From Salinispira sp. (GTDB taxonomy: Bacteria > Spirochaetota > Spirochaetia > DSM-27196 > Salinispiraceae): a stretch of 64,000 nucleotides of DNA. Shown here piece after piece: positions 18,107 through 27,762 of the stretch. A program made the translations under genes and the position numbers. The DNA is taken from the NCBI GenBank assembly GCA_965226555.1, contig CBDDDG010000022.1, forward strand, positions 1-64,000. Reading direction: 5' to 3'. Below the pieces are notes generated by a model. That model was not told where the DNA came from. It saw nothing but the letters and a program-made list of their open reading frames with translations, and did no database searches. Numbering within the stretch: position 1 is the first letter of the stretch; every line of letters starts with the position of its first letter.

Positions 18107-19504
18107 TTATTCTGTCTTCGGCGGGCGGGCTTCGGTTGCCATATCGTAGGCGTAGATATAGTCATCGCCATTATCCGTCACCCACATTGTGGTGCCATTT
18201 GACCAGATGCCAAAGGGTGCGGCATTTTCGTCAGCAAGAGTAAACACTTTTGAATTGTCGGTCACGCTGATATCGCCGTCGCTGGCTATCGTGTAGTCAT
18301 AACCATAGATTTTTACTCCATTGAAACCTTGCAGCACCCACATCGTGTTCTCATCAGACCAGATGCTATAGGCGGAAGTATTCCCCGTAGCATTAAGCGG
18401 CAAATCCTTGCTGGAATCGCGTGATCTATCACTCATCTTGTAGGCATAGAGTTTGTCATTCACTTCATCCCCCACCCACATCGTTGTCCCATCGGACCAC
18501 ATACCAGATGAGAAACCATTATCACCACTCGTAGTGAAATCCTTTCCCGAATCGCGTGCCTTAGTTTCCATGTTGTAGGCATAGAGTTTGCTATTGCTCC
18601 AATCTGATACCCACATTGTTGTTCCATCCGCCCAGATGCCGTAGAGTACATTACCCCCGACAGTAAGCGTGATGTCTTTTGACTCATCTCGCGACTTGTC
18701 GCTCATGTTGTAGGCATAGATTTTTTTATCCGTTTGATCCAGCACCCACATTGTTGTTTCATCCGACCAGAGGTCGTAGGGGTATAGGCTCACGTTTGGA
18801 AAATCGTCCTCATGAACACCCTCATCGTTATATCCGTCTCTTTTGAATCCTCTTCGGTCATAGCCTAATACATTGTAACCGTCTTTGGCAAAACCGTCCC
18901 GGTCATAGCCGAATCGGTTATATTTTGTGCCGGTGTAGCGGTCATTTCCGTCGGCGTCAAAGCCGTCTACGTCATACCCTTCTGATGTATAACCATCTTT
19001 GTCATAGCCGTCTGATGTATAGCCGTATTTGTCATAACCATCTGTGTCGTACGGTATGCCAGTATCCTTATGAATGCCATCGGCATTAAAGCCGGAGAGG
19101 TCGTATTTCGTGCCGGTATCGCGGTGAATACCCGCGCCGTTAAAGCCCGCTGCATTGTAGCCAGCTTTGTCGTAACCGTATCGGTCGTAGGGTGTGCCGG
19201 TGTCGCGTGAAATGTCTTCAGCGTTAAAGCCGTCTGCGTCATATCCGTCTTTGTCATAGCCATTGGCGTTGTAACCGTCTGCGTCATATCCGTTTACGTC
19301 ATAGCCGTCCGGGTTGTAGGGTGTGCCAGTGATGTGGTGAACACCATCGGCAAAAAATCCGTTCATGTCGCAGGCCGTGAGAATGAGTATTAGGGTAAAA
19401 ATGAAAACAAGCCCCCGCAGCAGACGCGGGCGTTGAAATTGGTTCCGCCGGTTTAGGCTATGCGCGGATGTCCGGCGTGGATTATTGTTATAATTTATCA
19501 TCAC
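18107..19504 (-). CDS. Surface lipoprotein with GYD/GFN repeats and a WSDGTTMWV beta-propeller-like repeat domain
   Basis: Lipobox ILTAC; many DGYD repeats separated by TGT(P/K)Y; about five GIWSDGTTMWV.D...YAY units. Confidence 0.8.
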   Translation of the reverse strand: MMINYNNNPRRTSAHSLNRRNQFQRPRLLRGLVFIFTLILILTACDMNGFFADGVHHITGTPYNPDGYDVNGYDADGYNANGYDKDGYDADGFNAEDISRDTGTPYDRYGYDKAGYNAAGFNGAGIHRDTGTKYDLSGFNADGIHKDTGIPYDTDGYDKYGYTSDGYDKDGYTSEGYDVDGFDADGNDRYTGTKYNRFGYDRDGFAKDGYNVLGYDRRGFKRDGYNDEGVHEDDFPNVSLYPYDLWSDETTMWVLDQTDKKIYAYNMSDKSRDESKDITLTVGGNVLYGIWADGTTMWVSDWSNSKLYAYNMETKARDSGKDFTTSGDNGFSSGMWSDGTTMWVGDEVNDKLYAYKMSDRSRDSSKDLPLNATGNTSAYSIWSDENTMWVLQGFNGVKIYGYDYTIASDGDISVTDNSKVFTLADENAAPFGIWSNGTTMWVTDNGDDYIYAYDMATEARPPKTE

Positions 19505-19570
19505 AAACTCCTATTATCAATAATAATGGAAAGCATTGAGTATGGCAAGCATATTTCCGAAAATTTTTGG

Positions 19571-19657
19571 GAAACTTTTGTATTTTGTAAAACTTTGTAT
19601 TATGATACTTTCTATCTGAACAAGACTGAAAATTTTGCTCTGCAAAATTTTCCAATA
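19571..19657. repeat. Composite palindromic element (short plus medium hairpin) overlapping a sigma70-like promoter facing dcd
   Basis: gaaacttttgtattttgtaaaacttt and gaaaattttgctctgcaaaattttc; TTGTAT(19578)-17-TATGAT(19601). Confidence 0.75.
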
Positions 19658-19866
19658 CTGAACAATATGGCATATATGCCATAGAGGAGGAATAATGGCT
19701 GCTATTTCAAAGAACGCCAGACGCGAAGGAAGCCAGGAACTTATAAGCCGCTGGGGCGGGAAAATTATTATGAAGTCGGTTTTTCGAGCGGGAAAAATGC
19801 GGCACTTTGCTATTTGTGAGAAAACAGGAAATGAGGCCCGTAAGCCGAAGGACCTCATGTAAATTT

Positions 19867-20385
19867 ATGATTCTCTCTGGGCTGGAAATTCAGAAGCGCT
19901 TGGGGTCCGATATTATTATCGACCCATTTAATGAAGCGCAACTGAACCCAAATTCCTATAACCTGCGCCTGCATAATGAACTCCTTGTGTATGATGAACG
20001 GACACTCGATATGAAGGCTCCGAATGCGAGCAGTCCCGTACACATACCGGATGAGGGGCTTATTCTCGATGCACACAAGTTGTATTTGGGACGGACTATT
20101 GAGCACACCCGCACTGAAAACCTTGTGCCCATGCTGGAGGGGCGTTCATCTATCGGCCGCCTCGGATTGTTCGTTCACATTACCGCCGGATTCGGCGATG
20201 TTGGGTTCATCGGCTTCTGGACACTGGAAATGTTCTGTGTGCAGCCCATTCGGGTATACGCGGGGGTTGAAATCTGCCAGATATTCTACCACAGCCTTGA
20301 AGGTGAACATATTTCCTACAATGGCGGAAAATATCAGAATAACCGCGGCATACAGACATCGCAGCTCTATCAGGATTTTCAATAA
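19867..20385 (+). CDS. dcd: dCTP deaminase
   Basis: MILSGLEI, QLNPNSYNLRL, EGRSSIGRLGLFVHITAGFGDVGF, TLE, KYQ. Confidence 0.93.
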   Translation: MILSGLEIQKRLGSDIIIDPFNEAQLNPNSYNLRLHNELLVYDERTLDMKAPNASSPVHIPDEGLILDAHKLYLGRTIEHTRTENLVPMLEGRSSIGRLGLFVHITAGFGDVGFIGFWTLEMFCVQPIRVYAGVEICQIFYHSLEGEHISYNGGKYQNNRGIQTSQLYQDFQ

Positions 20386-20398
20386 CCCTCAATGCGCG

Positions 20399-21463
20399 CT
20401 AAACTGCGCGAATGTTTTGTAATTGGATGAACGCATGCGCCGCGCCGTACAAACTGGTGCAATAATCCTCAACAATGTATACTGGAACATCCCGCAACAC
20501 TGCCTGTATTGAATTATTGGTATTGTGGATAAAGTTCTTCATAAAGTGATGTTCTTCCAGAAAGAGGTGCTTGTTTTTTGCGGCAATTCCTCCGGCGAGG
20601 AAAAGCCCTTTTTTGGGAATGAACGAGAGGGCAACATTATGGGCTGCCCGGGCATAGAGTTCTATGAAGAGTTTTATAATACTCCCGCAGGTTTTGTCGC
20701 GCTGCGCAGCCTCGCTTATGGCTTCGGGCTTGTCCCGATCCTCAAGTGAGGAGATTTTCTGAATTTCCGGTGAATCGGCTCCCTGTACGTCTCTCATAAA
20801 ATGGAAGATGTTCACAATTCCCTGCCCGCTGACAAGATGCTCGGCATGCACCGGAAAACCCAGTTTTTCACCGAGATATATATTCAGTTCCCGACTTAGC
20901 GCATTATGCGGAGCAAAGTCGGCATGCCCCCCCTCTGCCGGCATGGCGCATATCCGCTTTTTATCTGTCAGAATATACCCCAGTCCCAGTCCTGTTCCGG
21001 CGCCCACAGCTGCCTGCACGGAAATTCCCGGCAGGTAATCCTGCTGGGGCGGGAGTCTGCCGTTGGGGAGGGGGAGGGGATGTATTTTCGACAGATCGTG
21101 AATATCAAGAAGCGGAATACCGTAGCAGACGGCAGTGAAATCGTTAATGACCATGGTCGGTATCCCAAACTGCCGTTCAATTTCGTATCCATTCAGTGTC
21201 CATGGGATGTTGGTTGGTACGCAGTGTTTGTCTTTTATTGGTCCGGCAATGCTGAGGCATGCTGCTGTTATTTTTTTATTATGCGGATTGTGCGGGGCAA
21301 AATCGGCGAGGGTCTGAAAAAAATCGGAAAGCGCCTGAGAAAAATTTTCCAGATCCTTGGTTGCATATACCTTGCGTTCTTTAAGTGTGAAGGTGCCATT
21401 GTCATATTCAATGAGTGCGATGCTTGTATTTGTTCCGCCAATGTCCGCTGAGAGAAGTATCAT
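20399..21463 (-). CDS. glk: Glucokinase
   Basis: ADIGGTN, INDF, GAGTGLG, EGGH, AGGIA. Confidence 0.92.
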   Translation of the reverse strand: MILLSADIGGTNTSIALIEYDNGTFTLKERKVYATKDLENFSQALSDFFQTLADFAPHNPHNKKITAACLSIAGPIKDKHCVPTNIPWTLNGYEIERQFGIPTMVINDFTAVCYGIPLLDIHDLSKIHPLPLPNGRLPPQQDYLPGISVQAAVGAGTGLGLGYILTDKKRICAMPAEGGHADFAPHNALSRELNIYLGEKLGFPVHAEHLVSGQGIVNIFHFMRDVQGADSPEIQKISSLEDRDKPEAISEAAQRDKTCGSIIKLFIELYARAAHNVALSFIPKKGLFLAGGIAAKNKHLFLEEHHFMKNFIHNTNNSIQAVLRDVPVYIVEDYCTSLYGAAHAFIQLQNIRAV

Positions 21464-21479
21464 AAAGAAAAGTATATAC

Positions 21480-21551
21480 GAAAGTTTTGCCTGTGGCAAA
21501 ACTTTCGTTCAGGAGGAATTGTGCAAGCACAATTTCCAGTAGCAAAAGTTT
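21480..21551. repeat. Composite palindromic element upstream of glk
   Basis: gaaagttttgcctgtggcaaaactttc-gttcaggagg-aattgtgcaagcacaatttccagtagcaaaagttt. Confidence 0.85.
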
Positions 21552-21770
21552 GAAATAGAGAATGATATAAATCATTCAGGCGAGCTCAATGGTGGTCAAT
21601 GAGGTACATAACTTCATGGCCAATTCAACCATACGCGCACCCCTTCCCGCCCATTAACCCGCATTTCCGAGCCCTCCCGACCCGAAAAAAATTCACAAAT
21701 TTTGCAAAATTCTTTCAAATTCTCTCAAAAAACATAGTCAAAAATGACTTTTTACCCGTTATAGATATAG

Positions 21771-21815
21771 AGGGGAGAATTCACCATGGGACCATGTCGC
21801 CATGGGAGCTCCCCT
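21771..21815 (+). promoter_or_regulatory. Conserved leader hairpin upstream of Rpn copy 1
   Basis: AGGGGAG..CCATGG-GAC-cat-GTC-g-CCATGG..CTCCCCT, also at 49231-49280; follows TATAGAT. Confidence 0.55.
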
Positions 21816-21846
21816 ATTCAGAAAAAACGTTCATAAGAAACATTCA

Positions 21847-21972
21847 GAAACTTTTGCATTGGAAAATTGTGCTTGCACAATTTTCCAATGCAAAAGTTTC
21901 AGATTCGGAATGCTTTGTATGTGCTTAGCATTCTTCTATTTTATAGAAAGTTTTGCATTTTGCAAAACTTTC
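21847..21972 (+). mobile_element. 126-bp three-hairpin MITE-like element in the Rpn copy 1 leader
   Basis: 54-bp hairpin with perfect 26-bp arms, 45-bp spacer, 27-bp hairpin. Absent from the paralogous leader at about 49292; cgttca occurs on both sides. Confidence 0.9.
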
Positions 21973-22465
21973 GTTCAGGAGGAATTATATGATCGATTTC
22001 AAAGAAAAACCCGCCCCCGTTCCCTATGACCAAGGCTACCGCTCCCTGCTGTTCCAACCCGCAATAATGCTCCAATTTCTGCAACGCTTTGTCGGAGGCG
22101 CATGGACGAAAAAACTCCGAATCGAGGATATAACCATCGAAAACGGCACCTTTTTCATTGACCATGCGAAAACACGGATGGCCGACATTGTCTGCAAAAT
22201 CAGAAGTCGGGATCATACGGGAGATGTTGCTATCTATGTGCTCCTTGAGCATCAGTCCGGCGTGGACAAAGACATGCCCTTCCGCATGTTGGAATACACG
22301 CACCTTCTCTGCCGGAACATTCGCAGCTCCGGCACAATTCCCGATGACTGCGAGTTGGTATTTCTGCCCATTGTATTTTATAATGGAGAGCAAAGGTGGA
22401 AGGTGCCCGGGAATGTCAGAAAGCAACGGAAGCGGGAATTCCCGCAGTATCTTGCTCCTTTTCCC

Positions 22466-22593
22466 TAACAAAGTTTTGCCTTGGAAAATTGTGCAAGCAC
22501 AATTTCCAGTAGCAAAACTTTCTATATCTTGAGAGAATCAAATATATAGATGGGAGAATCTTATTGGAAAATTTTGCGGAGCAAAATTTTCGG
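22466..22593 (+). mobile_element. 128-bp palindromic-element insertion with TA duplication inside Rpn copy 1
   Basis: Empty site ccc-TA-cgat at about 49782-49790 versus ccc-TA-acaaag...ttttcgg-TA-cgat here. Confidence 0.9.
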
Positions 22594-22884
22594 TACGATC
22601 TGATACGCGTGACCGATTATTCTGCGGAGCAGCTGCAGCAGCGGGGAAGAATGTTTGCGGCTGTCATGTACCTTGATCTGTACTCGAAAAATCTGCTGAA
22701 TACGGATTGGGACATTCGGAAGGTAGAGAACGCGATAGCAGAAATGCTCAATGAGGAATCGCTGGAGCTGATAAAGGAATTTGTCGGCGTGGTAGATTCG
22801 ATGTTCGGAATTGTTATAGATTTAGATACGTTAATGAACCAATTAGAAAGAACAAAAGAACCGAGAGGTAAGGAGGTAGCAAAA

Positions 22885-23253
22885 ATGTTCAGAATGAATG
22901 CGGAAACATTCAAAGCGCGCATTGCGGAGATGGGTCGGCAGGAAGGCCGTGAAGAAGGATTGCAGACAGGTCGGCAGGAAGGACTTCAGACAGGATTACA
23001 AACAGGTCGGCAGGAAGGACTTCAGACAGGTCGTGAAGAAGGACTTCAGACAGGATTGCAAACAGGTCGTGAAGAAGGACTTCAGACAGGTCGACAGGAA
23101 GGACTTCAGACAGGTCGTGCTGAGGGGCATATTGAGGAGCGGAGAAAAAACGCCCGGAGTATGTTTTTGGAAGGGTTGTCGACCGAGGCTGTTCAGAGGA
23201 TTACCGGGCTGAGCGATGAGGAAATGCGGACATTGCGGAACGGATCGCATTAA
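22885..23253 (+). CDS. Putative internal-start RpnS-like small protein (122 aa)
   Basis: AAGGAGGT 7 nt upstream of an in-frame ATG; EG-repeat helix plus C-terminal HTH-like tail. Confidence 0.6.
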   Translation: MFRMNAETFKARIAEMGRQEGREEGLQTGRQEGLQTGLQTGRQEGLQTGREEGLQTGLQTGREEGLQTGRQEGLQTGRAEGHIEERRKNARSMFLEGLSTEAVQRITGLSDEEMRTLRNGSH

Positions 23254-23284
23254 TTGGCCTTGTTCGCCGTGCATCCGGCAGTAA

Positions 23285-23476
23285 AATCCTGAAGAGGCAA
23301 AACATACAGGTGTTGAGCACGGGCTTGAGCAGGGGCAAGCTCAGTTCCGGTGTGAGATTGCTCGGCTCCAGCGTGAGCAGGTACTCAGAATGGGTCTGTC
23401 GATGGACATTATGCATGAGCTGACCGGGCTCAGCGAGGATGAAATTCGAGCATTTCAGAAAAACGGCCAAGGGTAA
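23285..23476 (+). pseudogene. Divergent orphan Rpn C-terminal fragment without an obvious start
   Basis: Manual translation NPEEAKHTGVEHGLEQGQAQFRCEIARLQREQVLRMGLSMDIMHELTGLSEDEIRAFQKNGQG*. Confidence 0.65.
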
Positions 23477-23573
23477 AAATTTCGAATGGGTTGATCATGC
23501 GCCACGGGCATGATATAGTATTGAAACTTTGTATTGGCAAGTTGTGCAGAGCACAATTTTCAGGAGAAGACTG

Positions 23574-24431
23574 TTGTTTACCGGCTTATTTACCGCGCTT
23601 ATTACTCCTTTTAGAGATGATCTCAGCATAGATGAAGATGCTCTGCGGGCTATTGTCGACAGGCAGATTAATGCCGGGGCGGATGGTCTTGTGCCCATGG
23701 GGACCACCGGTGAAAGTCCGACTGTCAGCCATGAAGAGAATTTGAGGATTATCGGCATTGTTGTTGATCAGGCTCGGGGACGCGTTCCGGTTATTGCGGG
23801 AACGGGGTCGAATTCAACCGACGAGGCTGTTTCCATGACACAGCAGGCGAAGGTGCTCGGAGCATCGGCGAGTCTTCAGGTTGCCCCCTATTATAATAAG
23901 CCGAATCAGGAAGGACTTTTCCGTCATTTTACTACCATAGCCGATCAGAGTAGGCTTCCGCTCATTGTGTACAATATCCCCGGCAGATCGGCGAAAAACA
24001 TCGAGACCCCGACATTACTTCGTATGAGTAGGCATGAATATATTGTCAGTGTGAAAGAGGCCAGCGGCGATATGGATCAGATCATGGATGTGCTCAGCAG
24101 CCGTCCCGATGGTTTCGTAATGCTGAGCGGTGTCGATGAACTGACCTTTTCGATGATGGGTCTGGGAGCAGAAGGCGCCATCTCAGTTATCAGCAATATC
24201 GTACCGGAGCTCACCAGAGACATAATTTACGGCAACAATGCGAGAACCCGCCATTTTGAGCTCCTGCCCCTGATACGGGCATTGTTTCTCGATACCAACC
24301 CCATTCCGGTTAAATACGCGATGTCTCTCATGGGGCTCTGCGGCGGCGCCTACCGCCTGCCCCTGTGCGAACCTTCAGAGCATATCAAGAATGAAATCCG
24401 GTCAGTTCTCAAAACAATGGGGCTCATATAA
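23574..24431 (+). CDS. dapA: 4-hydroxy-tetrahydrodipicolinate synthase
   Basis: ALITPF, GTTGESPT, GTGSNST, PYYNKP, YNIPGR, VKEASG. TTG start after AGGAG; a degenerate palindrome lies at 23523-23561. Confidence 0.95.
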   Translation: MFTGLFTALITPFRDDLSIDEDALRAIVDRQINAGADGLVPMGTTGESPTVSHEENLRIIGIVVDQARGRVPVIAGTGSNSTDEAVSMTQQAKVLGASASLQVAPYYNKPNQEGLFRHFTTIADQSRLPLIVYNIPGRSAKNIETPTLLRMSRHEYIVSVKEASGDMDQIMDVLSSRPDGFVMLSGVDELTFSMMGLGAEGAISVISNIVPELTRDIIYGNNARTRHFELLPLIRALFLDTNPIPVKYAMSLMGLCGGAYRLPLCEPSEHIKNEIRSVLKTMGLI

Positions 24432-25281
24432 GCCCAACTATTCTCCGATAATCGTCTACCGCAAGGCTTTCCGCCCGCCGCCCGGGATCAATTTCTGCCT
24501 CCTGTACTGCCCGGAACACCTGTTGCCGGAATTTTTCATTGGATGATTGCCGGATGTTGTTGTGGATTGTTTTTCGCCGTGAATGAAAGAGAAGGTTCAG
24601 GAGTGTTTCAAGCGTTTTGAGTTCTTGCGTTTCCGGTATTGCCGGAGAGGGGATGAGCCGTAAGATGCCGCTATCGACTTCCGGAACCGGAAAAAACAGG
24701 CCGGGAGAAAGTGTCCCCAGATTTTCCACCCCCATTGCGTACTGACACAATATTGAAAGGCTGCCGTATATCCGTTCGCCGGGGCCTGCGCATATTCGCT
24801 CAACAACTTCTTTCTGAAGAGTAAATACCATTGGTGTATCAGCAAATCCCTGAGTAATGAGAAGCGATACCATGCCGGAGGCAATGTTGTACGGCAAATT
24901 ACCAATAATTGCCGACGGATGCTCTGTCTGCCGAATACATGTTTTACGGGCATCGCCGCGAACAATTACAAGTTTGCCGCTTTTTATCTCGGCCGCAAAC
25001 AAATCGCGCAGAATTTCAACAAAGCCCCTATCAATCTCGAAAACCCTCAGGCGCGCTCCGAGTGTAAGAAGGGGAGCGCTGATAGCGCCAATTCCCGGGC
25101 CAATTTCCCACACTGCCTGCCCATTCTGCCCGCTCCCGCCATTCCGCGTGGGAATGTATTCGATAAACCGTTTTTTCGTTGCTTCATGAACCATAAAATT
25201 CTGCCCAAATTTTTTCTGCGGAGCCATGTTACGGGACGTCAGGAGCTTTGTTATGCTCTGTACTGAAGCGTAGTTGAACAT
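24424..25281 (-). CDS. rsmA: 16S rRNA m6,2A dimethyltransferase
   Basis: KKFGQNF, WEIGPGIG, EIDRG, GNLPYNIA, QKEV, RRKT. Confidence 0.95.
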   Translation of the reverse strand: MFNYASVQSITKLLTSRNMAPQKKFGQNFMVHEATKKRFIEYIPTRNGGSGQNGQAVWEIGPGIGAISAPLLTLGARLRVFEIDRGFVEILRDLFAAEIKSGKLVIVRGDARKTCIRQTEHPSAIIGNLPYNIASGMVSLLITQGFADTPMVFTLQKEVVERICAGPGERIYGSLSILCQYAMGVENLGTLSPGLFFPVPEVDSGILRLIPSPAIPETQELKTLETLLNLLFHSRRKTIHNNIRQSSNEKFRQQVFRAVQEAEIDPGRRAESLAVDDYRRIVGLI

Positions 25282-27028
25282 GACCGGACGGTATCAGAGA
25301 ATTTCTCCATGTGCAATAAGCGGCGAGAAGGGCAGGGATAATCGCAATAATAATTTTCAAAAATAGCGGGAGCGCGTTAAGCGCAATGCCGAATCGGGCA
25401 GCGGGAAACAGCAGGAAGTTCATTGCATCGATAAGCCATTCCAGAATTGCAGCGGGCAGTTGAATATATGGGGTGAATAATAAGGGCACCATCAGCACCG
25501 ATACAACAAGGCTGAGATAAAAGAATGGTAAAATGCAGGGGAGAATGATAATTCCCTGCGGCGCAACAGTTCCAAAGAGGATAAGAACAATAATGCCCAC
25601 TATACTCTGCGCGGAGATCGATGGAATGAATATGTCCTCGAAGCGTTGGCGGAGAAAAATTGTGATTCGTGAAAAAAATCCGATGGAACCAGAAAAATCG
25701 CTGTGAACAGGAACATTCTGCCGCACGGGAGACTGAACAGGAGCCTCCCGCTTTCCGACGCCTGCCGTCTGCTGCGCCCTCGGTACCCGCACCCCGGGCG
25801 CCCGCACCCGAACACCCCTGTTGATAAACCAAGCGATGCGTCCGCTCATGAAACGGAATACCACTCCCATATAACTGAGCCCCCACACTGCCCCAAAGGA
25901 AAGGTACATGCCCGCATCGAATATGAGCCCTGAGCGTATGGCAATAAGAAATGTCCAGGTGAGAGTCAGCATGGTATTGTTACTAATCTTCCAGCCCGAC
26001 CATTTTGTCGGCATCACTAATACGATCATAACAGCGGCGCGCCAGGCCGAAACCCCCGGGCTGATAAACCACAGATACAATCCGATTAACAAAATAGCCA
26101 ATATCTCGCGCAGAAGGGGAGGAATAAAGATGGGAATAAGCGCACGCAGAACATAATAAATAATTCCCAGATGCATGCCGCTCAGAACAAGAATGTGGAT
26201 AACACCGGAATCTCTGAAAAGGTCCGATAATCCAGACCCCATCTCGGAGCGGTATCCGAAAATGAGGCTCTGCATGAAGGATCGGCTGACAGGAGAAACC
26301 TGCAGCAGGGCGCCATCAATTTTTTTACGAAGATCCGCGCGGATGAGGTCTATGCTGCGCGCATTTCCTTCTCCTGCGGTATTATATGCCGATGCGCCGG
26401 TGATGTCGGTATTGCCGGGGATGGCGGTATAATGAAAGCCCGTTCTTAGGAATGATGAGCGGTCAGTTGGAGTAAGTCCGCCCGGCAGATGGACAACAAT
26501 CTCCCGACCTCTGAAATACCGCTGGTCCATGCCGTACAGCAGTACTTTTCCCCCGGCGCTGAACCTCTGCCCGTTTTGATGTTCAATGAAGCCTATTGCC
26601 ATATAATTGACGGAGTTCCCGCTGTAGGTAAGCGTTCCATCCCGAATAATTTTGCCGTGCACATATATGTTCTCTTCCCGTTCATGAACATTCTGAACTA
26701 CGGACTCATACATTCTCTGCTGCTCATCGGCAGTAGCAATAGTTATGCTCACCTGTATGACGATGACAATGAGGTAACAGAATGTTGCAGTTTGTTTTCG
26801 AATAATTCTTTTCCAGTTAAGAGAATGAGTTTCTTTTTCATGATGATTATGCGCCAGCGGTCCAGTACGCGCCCGAGCCCGCGCCAAGAGCACAATCAAT
26901 AAGAAAAGTCCCGAAAGGGCGCAGAGAGAAAATACTAGCCAGACCGGAAACCTCTGTGATGCAGACGATGCAGACGAGAGGAATAACTGTGAAATGATCA
27001 GGCAGGTGACAAATATAGTAGGAAACAT
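25229..27028 (-). CDS. comEC: ComEC/Rec2 competence membrane protein (no beta-lactamase domain)
   Basis: FRDSGVIHILVLSGMHL, SAWRAAVM, YLSFGAV; multiple TM segments; GAAGGAG RBS before ATG 27028. Confidence 0.85.
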   Translation of the reverse strand: MFPTIFVTCLIISQLFLSSASSASQRFPVWLVFSLCALSGLFLLIVLLARARARTGPLAHNHHEKETHSLNWKRIIRKQTATFCYLIVIVIQVSITIATADEQQRMYESVVQNVHEREENIYVHGKIIRDGTLTYSGNSVNYMAIGFIEHQNGQRFSAGGKVLLYGMDQRYFRGREIVVHLPGGLTPTDRSSFLRTGFHYTAIPGNTDITGASAYNTAGEGNARSIDLIRADLRKKIDGALLQVSPVSRSFMQSLIFGYRSEMGSGLSDLFRDSGVIHILVLSGMHLGIIYYVLRALIPIFIPPLLREILAILLIGLYLWFISPGVSAWRAAVMIVLVMPTKWSGWKISNNTMLTLTWTFLIAIRSGLIFDAGMYLSFGAVWGLSYMGVVFRFMSGRIAWFINRGVRVRAPGVRVPRAQQTAGVGKREAPVQSPVRQNVPVHSDFSGSIGFFSRITIFLRQRFEDIFIPSISAQSIVGIIVLILFGTVAPQGIIILPCILPFFYLSLVVSVLMVPLLFTPYIQLPAAILEWLIDAMNFLLFPAARFGIALNALPLFLKIIIAIIPALLAAYCTWRNSLIPSGHVQLRFSTEHNKAPDVP

Positions 27029-27040
27029 ACATACTCCTTC

Positions 27041-27094
27041 AAAGTTTTGCATTGGAAAATTGTGCAGAGCACAATTTCCAGTAGCAAAAGTTTC
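27041..27094. repeat. Palindromic element, long hairpin, between divergent comEC and CPBP
   Basis: aaagttttgcattggaaaattgtgc-aga-gcacaatttccagtagcaaaagtttc. Confidence 0.92.
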
Positions 27095-27130
27095 TCCTTA
27101 AAGGAGTAACGGGAGTAAGGGAAAGCATAC

Positions 27131-27697
27131 ATGTGGTTATGTCTTATTTTTTTTCTCATATTTGACTATATTCTTTCTTTTCTCGCATCTTTTTTCTCAT
27201 TTATACCGATTTTTCTGCTTGGGCACATCATAAAAATACTGTCGCTGATCTTTTTTATGAGAAGATATGGACTCACTGCCGGTACTGGAGGTAATTTCCA
27301 GCCGATATCTATGAGCATTGCTCTGGTCATATTGTTTTTACTGAACATGGCGAGCACCGTCCTGTTCAATCCTGACGCAGAATTGTATATTCCCCGAGAT
27401 CAATTCACTATTTTATTGTTTATGATGATCATGGTATCTGCCGTATCCGAAGAATTATTTTATCGGGCCTGGCTTCTGGAGGTCTTCAATACTGTTGGCC
27501 GCAATAGAGCAACACTTCTTGCGGGGCTTATATTTTCAGCAGGGCACATATATCAGGGGTTGCCGGGAGTACTTTTTTCTTTATGCGCCTCATTCGTGCT
27601 TGCTGCTCTGTATTACCGAAGTGGGGGAGTGAAGGCAGGGATTGTTGTTCACATTATGTACAATCTCATTATTTTTTCTGTACATGAGTATGTGTAA
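27131..27697 (+). CDS. CPBP/Abi-family intramembrane metalloprotease
   Basis: EELFYR, FSAGH, HIMYN; hydrophobic. Confidence 0.85.
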   Translation: MWLCLIFFLIFDYILSFLASFFSFIPIFLLGHIIKILSLIFFMRRYGLTAGTGGNFQPISMSIALVILFLLNMASTVLFNPDAELYIPRDQFTILLFMMIMVSAVSEELFYRAWLLEVFNTVGRNRATLLAGLIFSAGHIYQGLPGVLFSLCASFVLAALYYRSGGVKAGIVVHIMYNLIIFSVHEYV

Positions 27698-27762
27698 GAG
27701 AAGCTTTGCATTTTGCAAAACTGTCTATCTATGTTACACTATAATATAGGAGGAGTGATATC

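Larger units (their letters stand above)
21989..23253 (+). pseudogene. Rpn/YhgA-like PD-(D/E)XK nuclease, copy 1, split into 21989-22468 and 22564-23253 by a 128-bp insertion
   Basis: RMADIV, YVLLEHQSGVDKDMPFRMLEY, LPIVFYNG; colinear with intact copy 49308-50408 apart from the insertion. Confidence 0.9.
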
